Counted from the first letter of the stretch, positions 13,130 through 27,627 are shown. The stretch: 64,000 nucleotides of DNA from Eledone cirrhosa (GCA_964016885.1 OZ024743.1:179552001-179616000); one strand, 5' to 3'. Numbers and translations: made by a program. The notes: generated from the sequence alone by a model not told the origin.

Positions 13130-16100
13130 CCAATAGGGGGGAGACGCCACAAATGAGTTGTTTAATACCCCGTCGATAGAACAACCCTCAACTTCAAGAG
13201 CATGTTGTGCAAGTGCTCCCTTCTTCCTTTTGCCCTCTTCTTTAACCTACAGGCTTATAAACAGAGAAGGCCCAATCACTCGGGCCATTTTCCCTTCATT
13301 CCCCCACCTTTCAGTAAATATACTGAGGTGCAGTGCCTCTCTCTCCACTCTGATTCTTCTTCTAAAGTGATACTTAAAGAAGGGAATCAATTGTTGTCCG
13401 GAGAGAAAGGCATCTGTCCTCAGTCCTCTCAATCTCGTCCACCATATAATCACTTTCACCATAGCCACTGTACAGAGGAAAACCGCCTCTCTTTCGTTTT
13501 TGAAAGAGGCTGGCGGTTTGATCCTTACTATGGACTCGGCAGTCAACTGGATTTGTCCCATACGCGACAGCAGTTGTTCTGCATAGTTCCACATGTCGCT
13601 TACGCCCGGGCAGTGTACAATTGCGTGCAAGACGGTTTCAATGTCCTCTTGGAAGGATCCTGCCGGCGCGTTCGTGCCTGTAGATCTTATCTCGAATGGG
13701 TAGAGCTTCTCGGTAGCACTGCCAGGCCAGGGACCTCTGGAAGTTGTCCATAGGTCCCGGGCGGAAAGCCCTACCGAACAGACTGGTGTGCTCGTCGTCT
13801 TCGAGGCCTAGAGTCTCCCCGAGCACGTCATCGCACTTGTAAAGTACTAACCCTCTATAGAATGTCGAATTGGAGTCTCCACTGATTGCTCTGCCCGCTT
13901 GACAGAGGACTGTGAGCGCCTAGGCGCATTCAATGTGCCAGGTGCCCATCTTCTTCGGTCTTCGCTTGACCCAGGACTGCAGCTCCGCCAGCGAGACAAG
14001 TTGTGGGAAGGCCTGTCTCACAAACGGTACCCACACCGGTTGGTCGGTGAGGAATACCTGAAGATGCCGTAGCCTGAGCGCATGTTTGTGCATCATTAGC
14101 CACGGCATGCCCAGCCCTCCGTTGGAAGGGTGTTGACAGCAGACGGATCTCCTCACCAGTGGAGCCTGCTTCTTCCACAGGAACTGGAAGAGCATGTGTT
14201 CCATCTTGGTGCACTCTGCCCACTTCTGAGTGAGCGCAAATACTTTGGCCATGACCTAGTTCCAGTTTTTTTCCACCTGGAGGTTGGGACCGAACCAGAC
14301 CCCGAGTAATTTCACCGGTCCTTCCGTCCAGCGTCCGATGACGCTGTCGGACGGCATCGGTTTGCCTCTCCACGTACGGAGTTGCAAACCGACAGACTTG
14401 TCCGGTTTCAGTTTTGCTCCTGTGCACCTTTCGTATTCCTGTAGTAGGTTGCCGATTACCTCGACTTCCGAGGTTTTGGACACCATTACAGTCACGTCGT
14501 CGGCATACGCCGACGCCTCTTTTCGTAGTCCCGGTTCTAAAGGGATACCCTGCAAAAGCTCCAACTTCCGCAGTAGTGGCTCTAGAGTCAATACGTACAG
14601 AATGGAGGAGAAAGGGCATCCCTGTCGAATGGAACGCGTGATTGCGAACGGCTCCGATAGGTAGCCGTTCACCTTGACCTTCGAGCAGATGCTGGTGTGC
14701 ATCGCCTTGATTCAGCCTCTGAAAACGGGACCGAAACCGGCCGACTTGAGAGCCGCTTCCAAGTATCGATGGTCGACCCTTTCGAATGCCTTAGACTGAT
14801 CTAAATTGATCAGAGCCCCACCGAAGCCGGGTTTACATCCCACCCTCTCTATGATGTATCGCATGATGTGGAGGTTGTCGTGTATGGACCTGGTCGGGAT
14901 TGCACACGTTTGCGCTTTCCCTACCAGGTTTTCGACGACAAGCCCAGCCTCATTGCTAGCACCTTGGCCAAAATCTTTAACTCTGTGTTGAGCAGCGTTA
15001 TGGGCCTGAACTTGTTTATTTCGTCCCCCTTGTTCTCGTCTTTCCTGATCAGCGTTACTACGCCCCTGCTTGCAGAACTGGGAATTGTCCCGTTCTTCTG
15101 CCAATTGCAGTAGATGGCTTCGAGGACGCCAGAGAACAAGTCCGGCATGCCTATGTAAAACTCATAGGGTAGACCATCTACACCGGGAGATTTGCATTTC
15201 CTGCAGCGGCCCAGGGCGTCCCTTATCTCAGTGGCTGTGATTGGTCTTTCGCAGCACTCAGCGTCCATGCTCCAGAGCCGCGGCAGGCCGTCGAGGTATG
15301 AACGAAAGTCCATTGCCCCGTTCGGTGCACCGTCGTTCTGCTCAAACATTCGCGCAAAGTGCCGCTGAAAGGCCTCGCACATCTGCATGGGGTAAAGTAG
15401 CACGCGTCCGTTTTGGTCTTTCAAAGACCGAATCGTGGACTTGTTGCCACTTTTAGCTTCCGCCACTCGGATCCAGCTAACAGCTTTTGCTACCTCGTTT
15501 ACTAGAGCACGTGATTTACTTCTGACCACGCAGCCTTCGTGTTTCGCCTCGAAGAACTGGTCCGTTCTCGATGCTAGCACTCTAGCTGCGTTGCCACTCC
15601 TAAGCGCCTCTTCTACTTTGGCTACTAGTTCTGTTTCTGATTTGTTTTTCTCTAAAGCTAATTCTCTGCTAAACCCTATCGATTCTACTCTAATTGCTCT
15701 CTTGAGAGAATACCATCATCTATTGTTGACGATGGCTCCCGTCAACTCTTGCTTAACTAATCTACTTATCCGTTCACTGTAGGCTTTTCGTGCCGGCAAC
15801 GACACGTTCAGCATCCAGTATCCGGGGCCTTGTCTATGTATTCTATCACGGTTGACTATGCAGACGACTAGTTTGTGATCTGAATAGTCAACCATGTGCA
15901 TTTGTGGACCGCTTAACATCTTCTTGTCCTTTTCTCTCATGAAAAGCCTATCTAGATACGATCTAGATGTCCCGCTGCGGTTTTCCCACATCCACTGTGC
16001 TGCAGTTGGGAATTCTAGTCGATATCTATCGGCCAGTTGGAATTGGCCGATTAGATATTTTGAGGCTGATGCACCCCGCTCTAATGGGACATGCTCCCAC

Positions 16101-16437
16101 ATAGTCCCATCGTGCATCTAGGATACCATTCCAGTCCCCCACTAAAGGCAAGGAGCGAGACGTTACCAGAAAAGACTCCAGACGCTTAAAGAAGTCTGGC
16201 CGCGATTGTGATTGCCCGGTCGGAGCATAAACGGTCACCAGTCTGAAAGCTCCACCTCCAATACTGTTCACGTCTAGGACCACCAGTCTAGCCTCCGGGT
16301 CCAAGTGTACTTGCTGTACTTCGAGATCCAGGTTTTTCCGAAACATGACAGTCACTCCCCCTCCACCTCGCGGCTTACAGAGAGATGCGAAGATCTAGGC
16401 CACGCACATTCACGCTTCCATCTCGTAATTCAGCCAT
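13130..16437 (-). pseudogene. LINE ORF2: APE endonuclease + reverse transcriptase, disrupted
   Basis: MAELRDGSVNVRGL start; VYAPT, LVGDWN, YLDR, SDHK (APE); KSPGVDGLPYEFY, FRPITLLN, LDQSKAFERV, IRQGCP, YADDV (RT); spread over several frames. Confidence 0.93.
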
Positions 16438-16479
16438 GTTGGTGGAGAAGAGTTGGCAAAAAGGACGAAAAGGTGCACT

Positions 16480-18270
16480 TACCTTTTCGTTTCCTGGAGA
16501 TCGGGTTGTTCAATCTCCATTTCAGTTCTGGTGTGGGTGTTGAGTGGGGTGGGGAAAAATTTCAACAGGACACGGTTTATTGGTTTTTGGCAGGGGTTGC
16601 CAACGTCCTGTGAAAATTTTTCTTTCAATGTCTGATAGATCTCTATCGAAACCCTTATCAGTTTTAGGTGTGGTGGAGAGTTTGCTTTTACAAAATTTTC
16701 CCCTCAGTTTCTACTTTGGGGTCTTGGGAATTGACCTCCATTAGGTTTTTGTTGTTTGTGTTAATGTATGTGTATTGTTGTTTGTTTTTATGTTGTGTTG
16801 TTTTGGTTTGTTGTTCATTTTGTAGTTTTCTTTTTATGGTGGGTATTTGTGTTTGGGGTGGTGTTGGTGTTTGTTTTGCTGGTAGGGGGTGATTGTGGTG
16901 GTGTTTGTGTTGTTATTTGTGTTGGTGGTTGTGTGTTTGTGTTGGTAATTGTTGTTTTTGTGGCTTTGTGGTGTCTCTTTTTTTGCTTTTTTTTTATCCT
17001 TCATCTTCACTTGGGGATGGAGAAGTAGCCTCGTATGGTGATGAATCGTCATCAGGGGCGTGTGGGAGGGGTATGTTGTGTGGTGATGGTGTGTTTGTGC
17101 GTGTGATTGTGGTAGTATTGGATGGAGTGGGATGGGGTGGGACTGTGTTTTTCAGGGGAATTGTTTGTGTTTTTTCTGTTGTTTGTGGTTGAACAGTGGT
17201 TTGTTTTTATGTGTTTGTTTGTTTTGTGTGTTGCTGTTGTTATTGTGGTTTTGGAGCTGTTGTTGGTAAAAGTATTTTTTGGGGGGTGGTGGTGTTTGTT
17301 CGTAAGAGGGGACAGGAGGCCTTTAAATGCGATGTACTCGCGCATTTAAAACAATGTGGCCTTCATCCATCTGCCGAAATGTGGATGTAATTGGTATTGT
17401 CTACTGGCACCCTTTCTGGTATCTTGGAAAATCTGTCCGGTTTCATTTGGACCAAAATTTCCAAGCTTGTGCAGTTCCAGGTGTTTCTTGTGGATTTTTG
17501 AATCGATAGTATTGTGTCTTCATCTTTCTCCAAGAACCCTGCCAGAATCTACCAGATGTTAATGTTGGGTGGTATATTGATGATGTTTATTCTTTGTATT
17601 CTTTTCCCATGCATGTAGGGAAAAAGGTGTGTGTGGCAGGAGTGACAGGGGTCACTGAGTATTTTTTCGCAAGGGCCTCACTTTTGAAGAGCACCGAAAT
17701 GCTTCCATACAGTTTATCCCTTTGTATGTATTGTAATTCCGGCATTTCCTCTTTCAAGACGATTTCAATTTCGCCTTGAGTAAGGAAAGCCGGATTTTTT
17801 TGTTTGTTCAAAATCGTGCGAAAAATCACAGTCCTTCGCATAGTGTCGGCTTTGATTTGTGGCAGAGAGGTTATTTTAAATCCCCCTTTTTCCTTGAAGG
17901 TTATATATATATTTTTTTCCTTCATTGATCATTTCCTTCGATTTGTAAATATCAATATTTGTAAAAGTTCCTTTGCTTATTGTGGCAAAAGATTTTTTAT
18001 GGTTGCTCTTGTTGTTGTTGTCATTGTTGTCGTTGTTGTTGTTGTTGTTGTTTTTGTTGTTTTTGTTGTTCTCGATTGCTTGATTTGTGGTTGTGGAGTT
18101 CATTTGTGAAATTGTGTTTTTTTCTTGTTCAATATGTTTTGTGCCGTATGTGTTTCCATATTTTTGTTTTGGTGTGATTTAATACGGTCACTAGCTGTTC
18201 CCATAGTGACATTCATTTCAACGCTCCCAATTCCACTTATGGCGGGAAGCGCTTCAATTTTATCATTCAT
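16480..18270 (-). pseudogene. LINE ORF1 with CCHC zinc knuckle, disrupted
   Basis: ATG at 18270; ORF pieces 17876-18103 and 17587-17925; CFKCASTSHLKASC (C-X2-C-X4-H-X4-C) at ~17310-17354; T/P/K-rich low-complexity tail. Ends are approximate. Confidence 0.75.
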
Positions 18271-19129
18271 AGTTAAAACAATTTGTTATACATTTTTATG
18301 AAAATTAAATTTTCGCACCTGGGGGGCGAAAATTTCAATGATCCACCCACTGACAATTTAGTCGGAGGGTCAATCTATATAGTGGTATATTTTTTTAAAA
18401 CAATAATTTTTGTTTTTTATAAGTAAAAAGACAAAGACTTACCAGCGCGACTGGTACACAACTTCCTCTATCTCAGACATATAAATAGATTAGATATATA
18501 TATATAGATAGATAAATAGATAGATAGATAGATAGATAGGAAGTTAGGCAGATAAATAGATAGCTAGATAGATAAGTAGACAGATGTTATTTTTATTGTC
18601 CGAAGATAGATAGATAGTCAGAGATAGTAGCAGTTCAACTCTGACTCGCTTAGCAGCACTGCGAGAGGAAGCAATATAAAGAAGGTGATATCAAATTTCC
18701 ATATCTTTGTTGAAGTTAGTACAAATTAAATGAGAATGTTTATACTTATTTAAGTTGGAACGACATCATTTCAAATTTTATCAATGTTTCTTCGGTCTAA
18801 CGGATGCTGGAATCGGTAGCGCATCATAAACTGTTCACACGAGGGAAGTAATTCAGTAGGATTCATAGATCAGTCCAATAAATCTTCCTTTCAAAAGAGT
18901 GTCCATTTGGTCAAATTTCCCTAGTTTGCTAGCTTTACAGCTCTCATTTTCGTCCGTCCTCCTTTTAAGACAATAGTCCTCCCCATCTGTCTTCCGTACC
19001 CAATATCTTGGAATCAGAAGTTACATTGTATTCCTTTTACGGATGCCCTAGTAGTTGTATTCGTATAAGTGGAAACCCTTCAATGATGGAGTGGACTTCA
19101 CAAAGGGTAAATCTTGTCACGTCTCTTGT

Positions 19130-19800
19130 TCATAATATTCTTGAAGAAAATTGACCTGCATGGCCGCGTTGGAAGTGGTATACAGACTGTCGGGTGTAGG
19201 ATCAATCAACTGGAGTTTACAAACGACATCGGATGGTGATTTTCGACATTCACTGGATATATCTGCGCTGGAAGGGCTGCACGGCAGGAATGAAAATCAG
19301 TGCTGCAAAGACTGAGACACGTGTATCCTCAAGAAAGCAAACGCAGTGTACTCTGTATGTAAGTAGATAAATTCAAGTAATTTGGTGTCGTCCTCGTAGG
19401 TGTAGACAGCAGGAGGCCGAATTAAATACAAGATTTACAGGAGGTGGTGCAGTAATGCTAGAGCTCCTGCACTCTGTCACCTGAAGTGGTGAGGTGTGTA
19501 TAAAAGCCAAATTCGCTATCTTTAATTCGGTTTTCGTGAAACTTGAGCAATGATCGAAAGAATACAATCGCAAATACAAGCGTTCGAAATGGGGTTTTTC
19601 CGAAGGTCCTGTGGAGTATTAATACTCGATAGGATACGTAGCTCGGAGATCAAGGAGTCACTCCAGGTAGAGCCGTTACTTCCCAGAATCGAAAAATCAC
19701 AGCTTTGACGCATCGATAGAATGTCTGAGGAAAGAATTACTGGAGGGATTTTTCGGGTAAAGTCAACCGACGAAAGTCGAGAGGGAGAGGCGGATAACAT
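19130..19800 (+). mobile_element. Decayed RTE-clade LINE 3' fragment
   Basis: Manual + translation: AGMKISAAKTE...VDKFK*FGV...AKFAIFNSVFV...IQAFEMGFFRRSCGVLILDRIRSSEIKESLQVEPLLPRIEKSQL. Confidence 0.8.
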
Positions 19801-21850
19801 CCATATTTAGGGTTGTTCTTTATTGGAAATCCAGCCTGATTAATTGGTGATAGTTAATTCTAGTAAGACTATCTGGAAACCGTATCTCAAGATTTTTCTC
19901 CAATGAACCTCCAAGGAATAAGTGGGCAAATGAAAAGAGGAAATTTGTATATTACTGTTAATTATTTCATCGACAATGCAGGAGTGAAATTCAATGTCAA
20001 AACTAACAAAAGCCACATGTAAACGAAGAACAAGTAAAACAGTTTAATTTATTTAGTTATCAATATAGCAAAACATAAGAAATATACCTAATATGTGTAT
20101 ATGTCATAAAATAACACATAATTGCATTCAGATCTATGTAAAAATCCAACAACTTAAAAGACGACCAGAAATGTATTATTTAATGTTTTATTTTAGTTTG
20201 TTATAATCCCGTTGGTGAGATATTGCGAAATAATGTCTAAACGTTTAAATACTGCAACGACAATACAATTGCGATAAGGGTTGAGTGATGTATAGCAGTA
20301 AATGAGAAGAGTGTCAGGGGAACTCATTTATGTCAATTCCCAACTACATTCTCTAGCTGATATGCAATTTCACGAAACATTTTCAGTCGCACGAATCTTA
20401 GACAAAGATATATGCATTGAGCTAGTTATATTTGTAATGCTGTCAAAACCACGACTAGAGTCATTTCACTTTAGTTTTATCGTTAATCTTCTTGGGAAAG
20501 GCATTACGGCATACTTTTTCTATTGCGTAATATATGGTGTCATGCTGTCTAAACAAATGTAAACAGTATTTGTCACAGCTTGATAATCAGCTCAGGTGAA
20601 CAGCTTATATCTTTCTGATGACCCTTAATTGCAGCCCTTTCTCTGTTTGTTTAGAACTGATGCTCTAGGTAAAAATATTTAATTCGAACGAAACAATCCC
20701 TCTGTCACCGAATGATCTGCTGAAAATAGCAACCAAATTTTACCATTTTAAAAAAGTAATCAGGCAAATCAGATGGTGTTATCTCAGGCAACCAAAAATA
20801 AGACGTGGTGTTTACGGCGAAAATAACGTTGAGCACATTTCTGTTCAAAAAGAGCTGATCTGTGACTAAACAACATCAAAGATATAATGAAGTTGGTAAA
20901 GATTTTTATGAGCCAGTATCTCCGTTCAGCAAAATATATAAACCGAAGATTGCCGTAGAATCTGATACAAGATTTTAGGGAGCTGAATCTTCAACCAAGA
21001 TTCGATTAATAGATAACTATATTTTAATTTATTTAAACTGATAATGTATTCAGAACTTCAGGAAGTTCATAAATACCCATTTCTCTATTCCACAAATTTA
21101 AAGAGAATTTATTGCTAATCAAATAAATTAATATAATATTTGTTCTTTCGTCTTTCTCATCCTCTGCTTATTTGCGTCATATATTTTCCCCTATTATATT
21201 CAAGCTGTATTTTACTATACTATTTGTTTAGCAATTCTTATTTAACGCCTCTTCATTTAGCTTCTCTGCTTTAGTTTTTACCATTTTATTTATATCTTAT
21301 TATTGATAATCGAAAATATCGGCCAGAAAATACAATAAAAACATATTAATAAACATATATACATAACATAACATATTCCTTCGTAATTAGAAATAGATTT
21401 ATCGGTCTTTACCATTTATTTCCTTCTTTCAATTAATACCTCATACCTTATATATTGTTTATTCCGAAATAATTAATATATTTTCCGTTGTTTTCCATTC
21501 ATTCTTCATTATTCTATTTGTTCTATTAGCATTTAATTAACGAAACTATATATAACTTTTGGCAAACAACAGAACGTAATCAAAAAGAAAAAAAAGTAAT
21601 CATCTAACAACAAAGTGGGTAGCTAACAATAAGTATGACGTAATATTGGAGATAATAATAGATCAGTGGATGAGATCGAACCTGAATTGAATAGTAATAG
21701 ATTTACAGATGTAAAGACATGGAAGTCTAAATTGTCGGCAGTAGAGGTCATACGTATTTTCATAGAATTCTTCACTTTCATTGACTCACACTAGATTCAC
21801 ACTCCTGCCATTAGCAAGTATTTAAGGGCTTCTCGTCATGGAGATGGCTC

Positions 21851-21929
<79 letters not shown>

Positions 21930-21933
<4 letters not shown>

Positions 21934-22188
21934 CTAAAACTATGTGGTTGATTGCTTGCTTGCTTGTCTGTAATGTAATACAGCCAAAAGGGCGCATAAT
22001 GGGAACAAACTTTGAAAGGAAGTTGACCCTGATATGGGGACAACATCAGTTCACTTTCTCACATTTAACTTTTGTTTGACACTCATACGTCGGATATCGA
22101 CGGGAAAATCCATCATATATATATATATATATATATATCCAGTGGGTGTAACTAGGATTTACTGCACGTTCACCCGGGTGAGCACTAG
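21930..22188 (+). mobile_element. Short non-autonomous Helitron-like element
   Basis: 5' part shared with 29663-29770; ends GTTCACCCGGGTGAGC-A-CTAG|T; 22043-22115 recurs inverted at 27065-27139. Confidence 0.55.
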
Positions 22189-22292
22189 TTGTTTAGGTTC
22201 ACTTCTGTGATGATGTGTAGAGCTATACAGAGTGTAAAATATAGAAAGGATAAAAAGGACGATTGATTATTCCTTCATTGCATTTATTGATA

Positions 22293-22377
22293 GGTGACGC
22301 GCGTTTCGCCACTGATCAGCTCAAGGTTCGATCTATATCGATCCTACCCGACTCAATAATCGGCAGCTCGACGGACC
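22293..22377 (-). ncRNA. Degenerate hammerhead motif with long stem II
   Basis: GGT-CCGTCGA-GCTGC...GTGGC-GAAAC GCGC GTC-ACC; palindromic stem III and GUC intact, first core box mutated. Confidence 0.5.
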
Positions 22378-23102
22378 CTCTTAAAATGCTATAAGAAAAT
22401 GAAATACATGCTATGTGGTAAAGTCAGAGTTTCAAGAGTTTGACAAAATGAGTTGTTTTGATTGGTGAGAAGGATCAAGGTGATGTACTGGCCTGTAGTG
22501 TATATGGGGGTGGGTGTGATGGTGAAATGTTGGTGACGGTCTGTGGATGAGGTGGGCTGTGGTGTGGTGGTGGTGGGTTGGCCTTGGCGTGTAGAGTATG
22601 TGGAGTGGATGTGATGATATGGTGGTGGTTAAGGTTATTTAGTGGGATGGGCTGTGGTATGAGGTTAGTGGATTGTCAGTAGACGGGTTGACGTGTGGGT
22701 GGGGGTGTGGTAGTGGTGCCGTTGTCTATGGTAGCGGCGTTTGTGGTGGTGTGGTGGATGTATTGGTGGCGTCAAGGTCCTTACATAGATACATAGTTAG
22801 ACGCTCTTCGTCTGACATATACCTTGTATATACGTATACGTACACACATATATGTATATATGTGCACATATATTGTTGTATAAACACACACAGCATAATA
22901 CACATACGCACATCCTTGCCCACACATATCGGCATACGCTCACACACAGCCATATGCATATGTACACACATGTATGTGCATGCGGACACGAATATGGAGA
23001 GTGGGGGAGTATCGGTGGGGGTGGCGAACGACAGAGATGGACGGAAGGTGATAGGCGATGTAGAAGGTGTTTTACATATATACATACACATATATACACA
23101 TG

Positions 23103-23165
<63 letters not shown>

Positions 23166-23320
23166 CAAGGCTCTGATACCATTAAGACCATAAACACAGA
23201 GCTGGCATATCTAAGAACTGGCTAACTGCCTGATAAGGTCATAGCCATTCAATGGCTATCATCGAAATATATATAGCAGTAAATAAGGATTATGAGATCA
23301 TGCAATTGACTTACGTTTCG

Positions 23321-23414
<94 letters not shown>

Positions 23415-23416
<2 letters not shown>

Positions 23417-24372
23417 AAGAATTAGTATATCTACTAACATATATATACAGATGCATACCTATGCCAGCAAATATATAGGTTTTGTCTTAGTAACTTTGTG
23501 GTTCAATGCATGGGGATGCAGAACAATAATATGAGAGACGTAAAATAAGAAAATTATAAAAATTAACTTACTAAAATTTCACTCCACTTAATTAGTTTCT
23601 GAAAGGGAATAAACGTAGTTTCCGAAGAAACGTACGAAGAAGCCTTTCGTCATCAGGGAAGTCTATTCTCAGCTAAGTTTCCAGGCAATACGTGGACACA
23701 GGGAACTTATACAAAAATAATTCAGTGGATGGAAAAAAGCAAAGCGTGGACTAAGTTCCAAGCCATTGAAAAAATCACTACCTACTGCGTCGGTGGCAAA
23801 TTCAAAAGAATGAATCACGTGACATCGAGGTTAATCAGTGAAGAGTGGTTTGTTAAGAAGACAGCAGCCGGACTGTTACTATGAACTATAGTAGCAGTTT
23901 TGGCCAATTTTGGCTCGACAAAATAATTTGGAGATACTTATAAAGAATTAGTATATTTACTAACATATATATACAGATGCATACCTATGCCAGCAAATAT
24001 ATAGGTTTTGTCTTAGTAACTTTGTGGTTCAATGCATGGGGATAGTAACAGTCCGGCTGCTGTCTTCTTAACAAACCACTCTTCACTGATTGACCTCGAT
24101 GTCACGTGATTGATTCTTTTGAATTTGCCACCGACGCAGTAGGCAGTGATTTTTTCAATGGCTTCAAACGCTTTGCTTTTTTCCATCCACTGAATTATTT
24201 TTGTATAAGTTCCCTGTGTCCACGTATTGCCTGGAAACTTAGCTGAGAATAGACTTCCCTGATGACGAAAGGCTTCTCCGTACGTTTCTTCGGAAACTAC
24301 GTTTATTCCCTTTCAGAAACTAATTAGTTGGAGTGAAATTTTAGTAAGTAAGTTAATTTTTATTATTTTACG

Positions 24373-24381
<9 letters not shown>
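23415..24381 (-). mobile_element. Fold-back element with ~350-bp inverted arms (23529-23881 / 24042-24381) and a ~100-bp direct repeat of the tail (23415-23517 / 23941-24043)
   Basis: Direct sequence comparison; CTGATGA-CGAA...TTCG-GAAAC core at ~24259-24298; (TA)n on both sides. Confidence 0.85.
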
Positions 24382-24424
<43 letters not shown>

Positions 24425-24700
24425 CTACCACCTCTGTTGGTCGACACTAACAGAGAAAGAAAGAAAACTTCGGACAAAAATATGAACTCTCCTCTCTAAA
24501 TATGTATGTAAAAACAAATTTTTTTCTTTCTCCATTTTATTATTATTCGTATAAATATGCAATTTAACTGCACTATATACGTCCGTCGTTGAAAAACCAT
24601 ATAAAGCTGAAACCGTTACTTGATTAAATAAATGTTTTGATATTGTACTGAAAACTCCCTCCACCATTTTCTACTGTATTTTTCCTCTTTTACTATTTGT

Positions 24701-24749
<49 letters not shown>

Positions 24750-24752
<3 letters not shown>

Positions 24753-26750
24753 AAAAGAAACCAAAGAACGCTTACATACTCAAACAGTTTTTATTTGCTT
24801 ACAATGTTTCATCCATACCATTGGGTAGGAATCATCAGAGCTTAATAAACATAGTGCTGAGTATAAGCTCTACCAAGCTTAGTCACACAAACAATCGGAA
24901 TACAATAGAGGGTAAAGATAGGGAGATCGGAGATGGCGAATAAGGAGAGAGTACATGCTGGGGTTGTTAAGCACCACAGCTAAATGCTAGGGCACAAGCA
25001 GATCTCACAAGATGCAGATGCAATTGATGGCACACAAAAGCAAAAATACAAAAAATGGTTAAAACATAATAAAAAGCAAAAGGAAGATAATATAATGAGA
25101 TAAAAAGTAAATAAAAATGTAAAAGATTTTTTTTTATTTTAAAAGGAAAGAAGTGAAAAAAGAAAGAAGAAAAAAGAAAAAAAAAAGACTTTTAAGCACA
25201 TAAAAAAGCCAGAGGAGTTTAAGCGCTGGTCCCTATAAAACAAGTGAATAGGATCTCCGTAACTTATAGTTATATAAACACTAATATGTTCTTAAGGTAC
25301 ATCCAGAAAGACCAGAGTAATTAAAATCCTCGCCATGGTATACATATACAAGGTATACTTGTAGGTACTTGAATTACATAGCCCATGGGTGTTCCACAAG
25401 CATATAGACAGGCAACACATAAATGCAATCCATACACAAGCGAGGAGGGGTTATTACAGGATAGAGTTGAGAATAACAAGTATATAGACAGGCTCCACAT
25501 ATAAAGCAAGCTATACACAAGCGGGGTTACTATAAGATAGAGCTGCAGCAAAAGCCCCACAATATTATTTCAGTTACTGTAAAACCAACTGGCAAAGAGT
25601 TACTACACATGTATATTAACCGTATAGGCTAGACAAATCTACCACATATGTCCCGATTGTCTGGGGGTTATATAGAAATATGATTGTCATTAGATAACCA
25701 AGATCGTTCAAAAGTAAAAAAATAGTTGGATTTATACTATCACTCAAACATAACATCACATCTAGTAACAAGAATTACATGCTGGATATATACATAAAAA
25801 AAACCTATATGTTTAAGATCCCTGATCGTATAGCATAATGTGTTCAAGTTTCAGCCCCAGACATTGTATAGCCAAAGTCTCCACACACAATCCAGTCACG
25901 AACACGTCAAAAACAATTCCTGGTAAAAGCGGCAGCGATTCGGACAGCACATGGGTAAACAATCCCGTATATTTATAAATCTGGCTCTAAATATCATGTT
26001 ACCTCGTTCATCGCCTCGTAATTCAAGTACCTACCAGTATACCTTGTATATGTATACCATGGCGAGGATATTAATTACTGTGGTCTTTCTGGATGTACCT
26101 TAAGAACATATTAGTGCTTATATAACTATAAGTTACGGAGATCCTATTCATTTGTTTTATAAGATCCAGCGCTTGAACTCCTCTGGATTTTTTATGTGCT
26201 TAAAACTCTTTATTTTTTTTTTCTTTATTTTTTTCACTTCTTTTCTTTTAAAATTAAAAAAGAAATCTGTTACCTTTTTATTTACTTTTTATCTCTATAT
26301 ATTATCTTCTTTTTACTTTTTTATTATGTTTTAACCATTGTTTGTATTTTTTTGCTTTTGTGTGCCATCAATTGTATCTGCATCTTGTGAGATCTAATTG
26401 TGCCCTAGCTGTGGTGCTTAACAACCCCCAGCATGTACTCTCTCTCCTTATTCGCCATCTCCGATCTCCCTATCTTTACCCTCTATTGTATTCCGATTGT
26501 TCGTGTGACTAAGCTTGGTAGAGCTTATACTCAGCTCTGAGTTTATTAAGATCTGATGATTCCTGCCCTAACGGTATGGATGAAACATTGTAAGCAAAAA
26601 TAAAAACTGTTTGAGTATGTAAGCGTGCTTTGGTTTCTTTTACATATAACGGCTCTGTTCTCGTACATTGAGCTAATACAATACCGTCAAAATATAACGC
26701 GGTCCGTGTGTGTTTATGGACATGCACTCCATATTATACGTACGTAAATA
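24750..26750 (+). mobile_element. Fold-back element (family B); ~630-bp inverted arms 24750-25378 / 26018-26644 plus tail
   Basis: Arms are reverse complements with scattered differences; HHR in each; microsatellite flanks. Confidence 0.9.
24790..24849 (-). ncRNA. Type I hammerhead ribozyme motif (partner ~26542-26602, +)
   Basis: TTTATT AA GCT-CTGATGA-TTCC TACC CAAT GGTA TGGA T-GAAAC ATT GTA-AGC A AATAAA; GUA triplet. Confidence 0.8.
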
Positions 26751-27420
26751 AATATATATATATGCATATATATATAAATAAATATATATATATATATAAA
26801 TAAATAAATAAATATATATATATATATATTAGATTAGAGCAAGCATCACGAGCGATCTATCTCAAAATTATATTTGAAAAGCATTAGAAATGCGCAACCG
26901 GTAAAAACTTAAAACTAAAACTGAATACTAACCAATACTTATTACTAATTTATACTTATTCCTAATTAAACTATTTTTCACTGGGAAAAATGTGTCACCA
27001 TTGTATATGTTTATATATATATATATGTATATATATACGTATATATATGTATATATATATATGTATGGTGGACTCTCCTGTCGATATCCGACGTATGAGT
27101 GTCCAACAAAAGTTAAATGTGGGAAAGTGAACTGATGTTAAACTATCCACACAACGTTTTGTTTTTAGTGCTGAAGGCTTGTTTAGGACCAACCACACTT
27201 ATTGGAACTGACGACACATATCTTCGGTGAAAATGTTTCCCATGGAAATACCTCAGCTATTTGGATGGCCGTGACTCTGCTTAGTTCCTCCGCCCTTTAC
27301 CAAGTCTTTTATTTCAGGCCGCAGGGTGTCCAAATATCACCCCCTCACCGAGCAAGCTTGTCGGGGTTGCCGACGAACCGACCATGAGACAGGTTTTACT
27401 GTGTTACATGTTACCAGTAG

Positions 27421-27458
27421 CACACACGCACACATACACACACACGCACACGCACACA

Positions 27459-27538
<80 letters not shown>

Positions 27539-27539
27539 C

Positions 27540-27626
<87 letters not shown>
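27421..27626. repeat. (CA)n microsatellite
   Basis: Direct. Confidence 0.98.

Positions 27627-27627
<1 letters not shown>

Larger units (their letters stand above)
13002..18475 (-). mobile_element. Full-length degenerate Tx1/L1-type LINE inserted in (GATA)n
   Basis: ORF1 and ORF2 remnants; AATAAA at the 3' end (~13010-13015, -); (TAGA)n at 12943-12998 and 18485-18620. Confidence 0.92.

Noticed and set aside
19522-19800. 92-aa minus-strand ORF as a host exon
   Set aside because: It is antisense to an RTE fragment.
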